Assembly (NCBI GenBank): GCA_016748015.1
Contig: JAAOMT010000508.1
Location: 4,620 to 42,709 of the forward strand
Length of the DNA stretch: 38,090 bases
From: Geosiphon pyriformis uo1
Taxonomy: Eukaryota; Fungi; Glomeromycota
Direction of reading: 5' to 3'
The notes beneath the pieces were generated by a model. It ran no database searches. It saw only the letters and a program-made list of their open reading frames with translations, and was not told the origin of the DNA. Shown here piece by piece: positions 34,660-38,090 of the stretch (its first letter is position 1; the number at the start of each line of letters is the position of its first letter). The translations under genes were made by a program, and so were the position numbers.

Positions 34660-35577
34660 AAAAAAAAATGTAGGAAAAACTAACTCTTCAAGATGAAATT
34701 AAACCAACAATACTATTCCACCTACCACTATCACTAAAGATATCATTCTTGCTGCTATCTTCCCTTTTGACATTGACAGTCTAAACACAAATAGTTTTTT
34801 CAGTAAAGCTGCCATAAATCAAGACAAACCAATTATGGCCCTATACACTAATACTAGAGTCGAAAACATAAACATTAAATTAATTTTTGATAGTGAATCA
34901 GCAGGCAGTATAATAACAAAACAACTCATGAATTAATTAGATCACCAAGTAGATCGTACTGTAACCACCCAAATTATTACCACAGATAGCAATACCAAAA
35001 CCTCAATCAGAGAAATCAATAACTTCTTTTTTGAAATTAACAGAATTCAAATTTCTACAAAAGTTCTAATCATGGAAGCCATGCAATATTAAGCTCTCAT
35101 TGAAAACANNNNNNNNNNNNNNNNNNNNAAAAAAAAATGTAGGAAAAACTAACTCTTCAAGATGAAATTAAACCAACAATACTATTCCACCTACCACTAT
35201 CACTAAAGATATCATTCTTGCTGCTATCTTCCCTTTTGACATTGACAGTCTAAACACAAATAGTTTTTTCAGTAAAGCTGCCATAAATCAAGACAAACCA
35301 ATTATGGCCCTATACACTAATACTAGAGTCGAAAACATAAACATTAAATTAATTTTTGATAGTGAATCAGCAGGCAGTATAATAACAAAACAACTCATGA
35401 ATTAATTAGATCACCAAGTAGATCGTACTGTAACCACCCAAATTATTACCACAGATAGCAATACCAAAACCTCAATCAGAGAAATCAATAACTTCTTTTT
35501 TGAAATTAACAGAATTCAAATTTCTACAAAAGTTCTAATCATGGAAGCCATGCAATATTAAGCTCTCATTGAAAACA
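34660..35577. repeat. ~449-bp duplication flanking the 20-N gap (assembly overlap artefact)
   Basis: 34660-35108 reads the same as 35129-35577, and both copies abut the gap. Confidence 0.9.
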
Positions 35578-36689
35578 ACTGGTTGGCCAAAGCCCATGCC
35601 ATTTTTAACTGGAACATACAGGAATTACAGATTACTTTTAATGGACAACATGCCCGAGTTCTGGCTATGTACAGACACTTTAAAGTTCAAAGTTTGGAGC
35701 AACTATTAATTGAATTCAAAGACACAACACCATCACTAACAATAGAAATCTATCAAGTTTCATAAGTAAACAATTTTCGAACAAAATTACTCTCACTACC
35801 AACTTGAGAAGAAAAAAGAAAAAAAAAAGCAGAAAAAAAACTATAATTAGCACCTGCAGACTATTCTGTTCTAAGTCAAAAAAATAAATAATATTGAACC
35901 CCAAAATTAATTTGTGTTAACTGTGAAAAAAAGTTATTTTCTATGGGTGCATATATCAGAGATGACAAAGAATTGTCAACTACTACCAAACATTACTACA
36001 GACTTTGTGTGTTGAAAAAATTTGGTAGACCAAAATGACAAAACAAATAGAACAATACACCATGCCTTGCCTGTGGTAAAATCTTGCCAGATGAAAGACT
36101 ATAGAACAATGTTCCTGGCAGAGGAAGAACATGTGATAAAGCATGTCAATACACTATCTTGATTAATAATTGGATACAAAAAAGAACTCCAATTAATGAC
36201 ACTTGGAAATGAGCATTATAATAATTAGATGAGTATCCTCATGATGAACATGAGATTTGAAGAATGGCAAGTGTAAAAGCAGAAAATACTACAACCAGGG
36301 AATTACTGGAAATTAAAAACAATCCCTTATTCTTTTCAGAATCTGAATATGTTATGACTTTTAACATCTTTGGCAACATTGAGAATAACTCAGAATACTT
36401 CCATAAGCACTACTAGAACTTGGCATTGACTAAAGAAGAGCAAAAACAAAGACTAGCTGACCTAAACACAAAACTGTACAATCATTGTTTGATCTCTTAT
36501 TACTTTCAATATTGTGACAAATGCAATATCATGTTTAACCCACCTCCAAAAAAACTATACCTGATTACCAAACTACCAGAACCCAAAGTAGAAGAGGAAT
36601 TAATCACTAAGGACATGTTATTTCAAAATCCAATTGAGAATACTAAAACAGAACAATATCTCATGTATCCTAATCTATTCAAAGAATTA

Positions 36690-37115
36690 GAATTAAAATA
36701 ATACAGTAACAATAAGAAAGAAATCTGCTCTGAAAAAGTGCATAACACCAATGCTGGTTTTGATCTATAATACTCTGGACAATCAATCATAGTTATAGCC
36801 CCATATTCCCTAGTAACAATAGATCTTAAAATAGCATTAAAAATTCCTGTTAGTACAATAGTACAAGTTGTTTTTTGATCTAATTTAGCCAAAAAAGAAA
36901 TTAACATAAAAAAAAAAATTATTGATGCCAGTTATATGGAAAACATTATTGTGATGCTACAGAACAATTCGAACAGACCTTACAAAATAAAATTACAAGA
37001 AAAAATTGTTCAAGCTATCTTCCTATTTTTAGTCAAAATACTCCAATTAATCTTGATAATAACCCAAGAAGAATTAGGCCTTACTGTCCAAGGAATCAAC
37101 AGATTTGGATCAAGT
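36690..37115 (+). pseudogene. dut: dUTPase domain within Gypsy B pol
   Basis: NAGFDL, *SNLA, IIDASYME, EKIVQ, QGINRFGSS; same position as in A. Confidence 0.85.
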
Positions 37116-38090
37116 AGAAAAGGAAATGTACTAATCAATTTTATAGAGGAAGATAGTAATTAGGTAGAACTTATTTACACCAATACAGTTATTTCTATCT
37201 CCTTTTACTGACAATATATTCTCAAGATAAATTAAAAGATCCAAAATTAAGTTTTGTTATTTGAAGCCAATCCTAAAATCTGTTCTTTAGCAAATATTGC
37301 TAACTTATATCTACCAGCCAAAATCCATAAACACTTCAAAATTCTCATTCACAACCTTACAGAAAATGTAATTGAAATCCTCAAAGAGACTTTTGTTGAT
37401 TCTATTTCACCAAACATCTAATATTCCAAAAAACTCCAGCCCATTCCAGATTTTACACAGCTATTTTTATTTTGCGATATTATCTCACAAGTATAGAACT
37501 TGCCAAAATAAGTTACCTGTTTATGCCAGAAAAAATTGACAAACTACATTTGGAAAACCTGAATACTCTCCTGCAAATTCAACTTAAGATTCTCTTAAAT
37601 CAATACACCAATGTTTTTACCAGTGAAAATAAGTTTGAATACACTGACTTAATCAAAAAATTGTTAAGCTTTTGATTCTTCTCAGTAGTCCTGATCACCA
37701 AAAAAAACAGAAAAATACAATTTTGTGTGAATTACCAAAAATTAAATAGTGTTACCCAAAGAGATAATTACACTACTCCCTCATCCAAGAAATCCTGGAC
37801 AATCTAGAAAAAAAAAAGGTTCTTGTCATTAAATCTAGCCAGTAAATATTGGCAGATCAAAATAGATCTCAAAAATAAAGAAAAAACATCATTTACCACT
37901 TGAGACAGAAACATTGAATTCAATATAATGCCCTTTAGACTTTGCAATGCTTCTGTTACATTCCAATGCCTTATGAATGTTATGTACAAAAATTTTTTTT
38001 GAAAATCAGTCATAGTTTATTTAGACAACACAAACATGTTCTTTGAAACATTTGATAATTATCTGCTGTACCTTCAACAAGTCTTTAAAT

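Larger units (their letters stand above)
21729..38090 (+). mobile_element. Ty3/Gypsy LTR retrotransposon B (5' LTR split by element A; runs off the window inside RT)
   Basis: LINE homology stops at 21728. 5' LTR = 21729-22390 plus 32261-32612 (about 1014 bp), with termini TATTAT...ATAATA. It is followed by TT-TGGTGCTCTC, the same PBS as A, then gag/PR/dUTPase/RT remnants. Confidence 0.85.
32665..38090 (+). pseudogene. Gypsy B gag-pol remnant (N-domain, capsid, CCHC, PR, Cys-rich domain, dUTPase, partial RT)
   Basis: Capsid KLEKFS..ANNWDD..LPFFLTGTA; knuckle CYYCQKFGHIAQNY; PR LIFDSESAGSII; dUTPase AGFDL/IIDASY/KIVQ/GINRFGSS; RT IQFCVNYQKLN, MPFRL, YLDN. Confidence 0.9.

Noticed and set aside
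34660-35577. Apparent tandem duplication of the protease domain in Gypsy B
   Set aside because: The copies read identically despite heavy decay and abut a 20-N gap, indicating an unmerged contig overlap.

Overview
AT-rich eukaryotic DNA made almost entirely of nested, decayed mobile elements, with 4 assembly gaps and no intact cellular gene. The protein families suggest a Glomeromycotina-type fungus (inference, not verified). Left to right: (1) the 3' end of a CMC/EnSpm-like transposon, abutting a viral-type remnant with a Vsr/PD-(D/E)xK-like nuclease and an A32/Polinton-type packaging ATPase; (2) a full-length RNase H-bearing LINE on the minus strand (about 5498-13109), split by a 1012-bp solo LTR; (3) a second, more decayed LINE head-to-head on the plus strand, interrupted by a pogo/Tigger-like transposon carrying cargo (14526-18339) and then by Ty3/Gypsy element B (from 21729); (4) a complete 9.9-kb Ty3/Gypsy element A (22391-32256) inserted in the 5' LTR of B. 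Both Gypsy families share an unusually complex layout: a helical N-terminal Gag domain, capsid, CCHC knuckle, protease, an unknown multi-Cys domain, dUTPase and RT. Element A continues with RNase H, an integrase in a separate frame and an extra ORF in the env position. Both families have a U5 segment complementary to the PBS. Decay is dominated by C>T/G>A transitions in all dinucleotide contexts.
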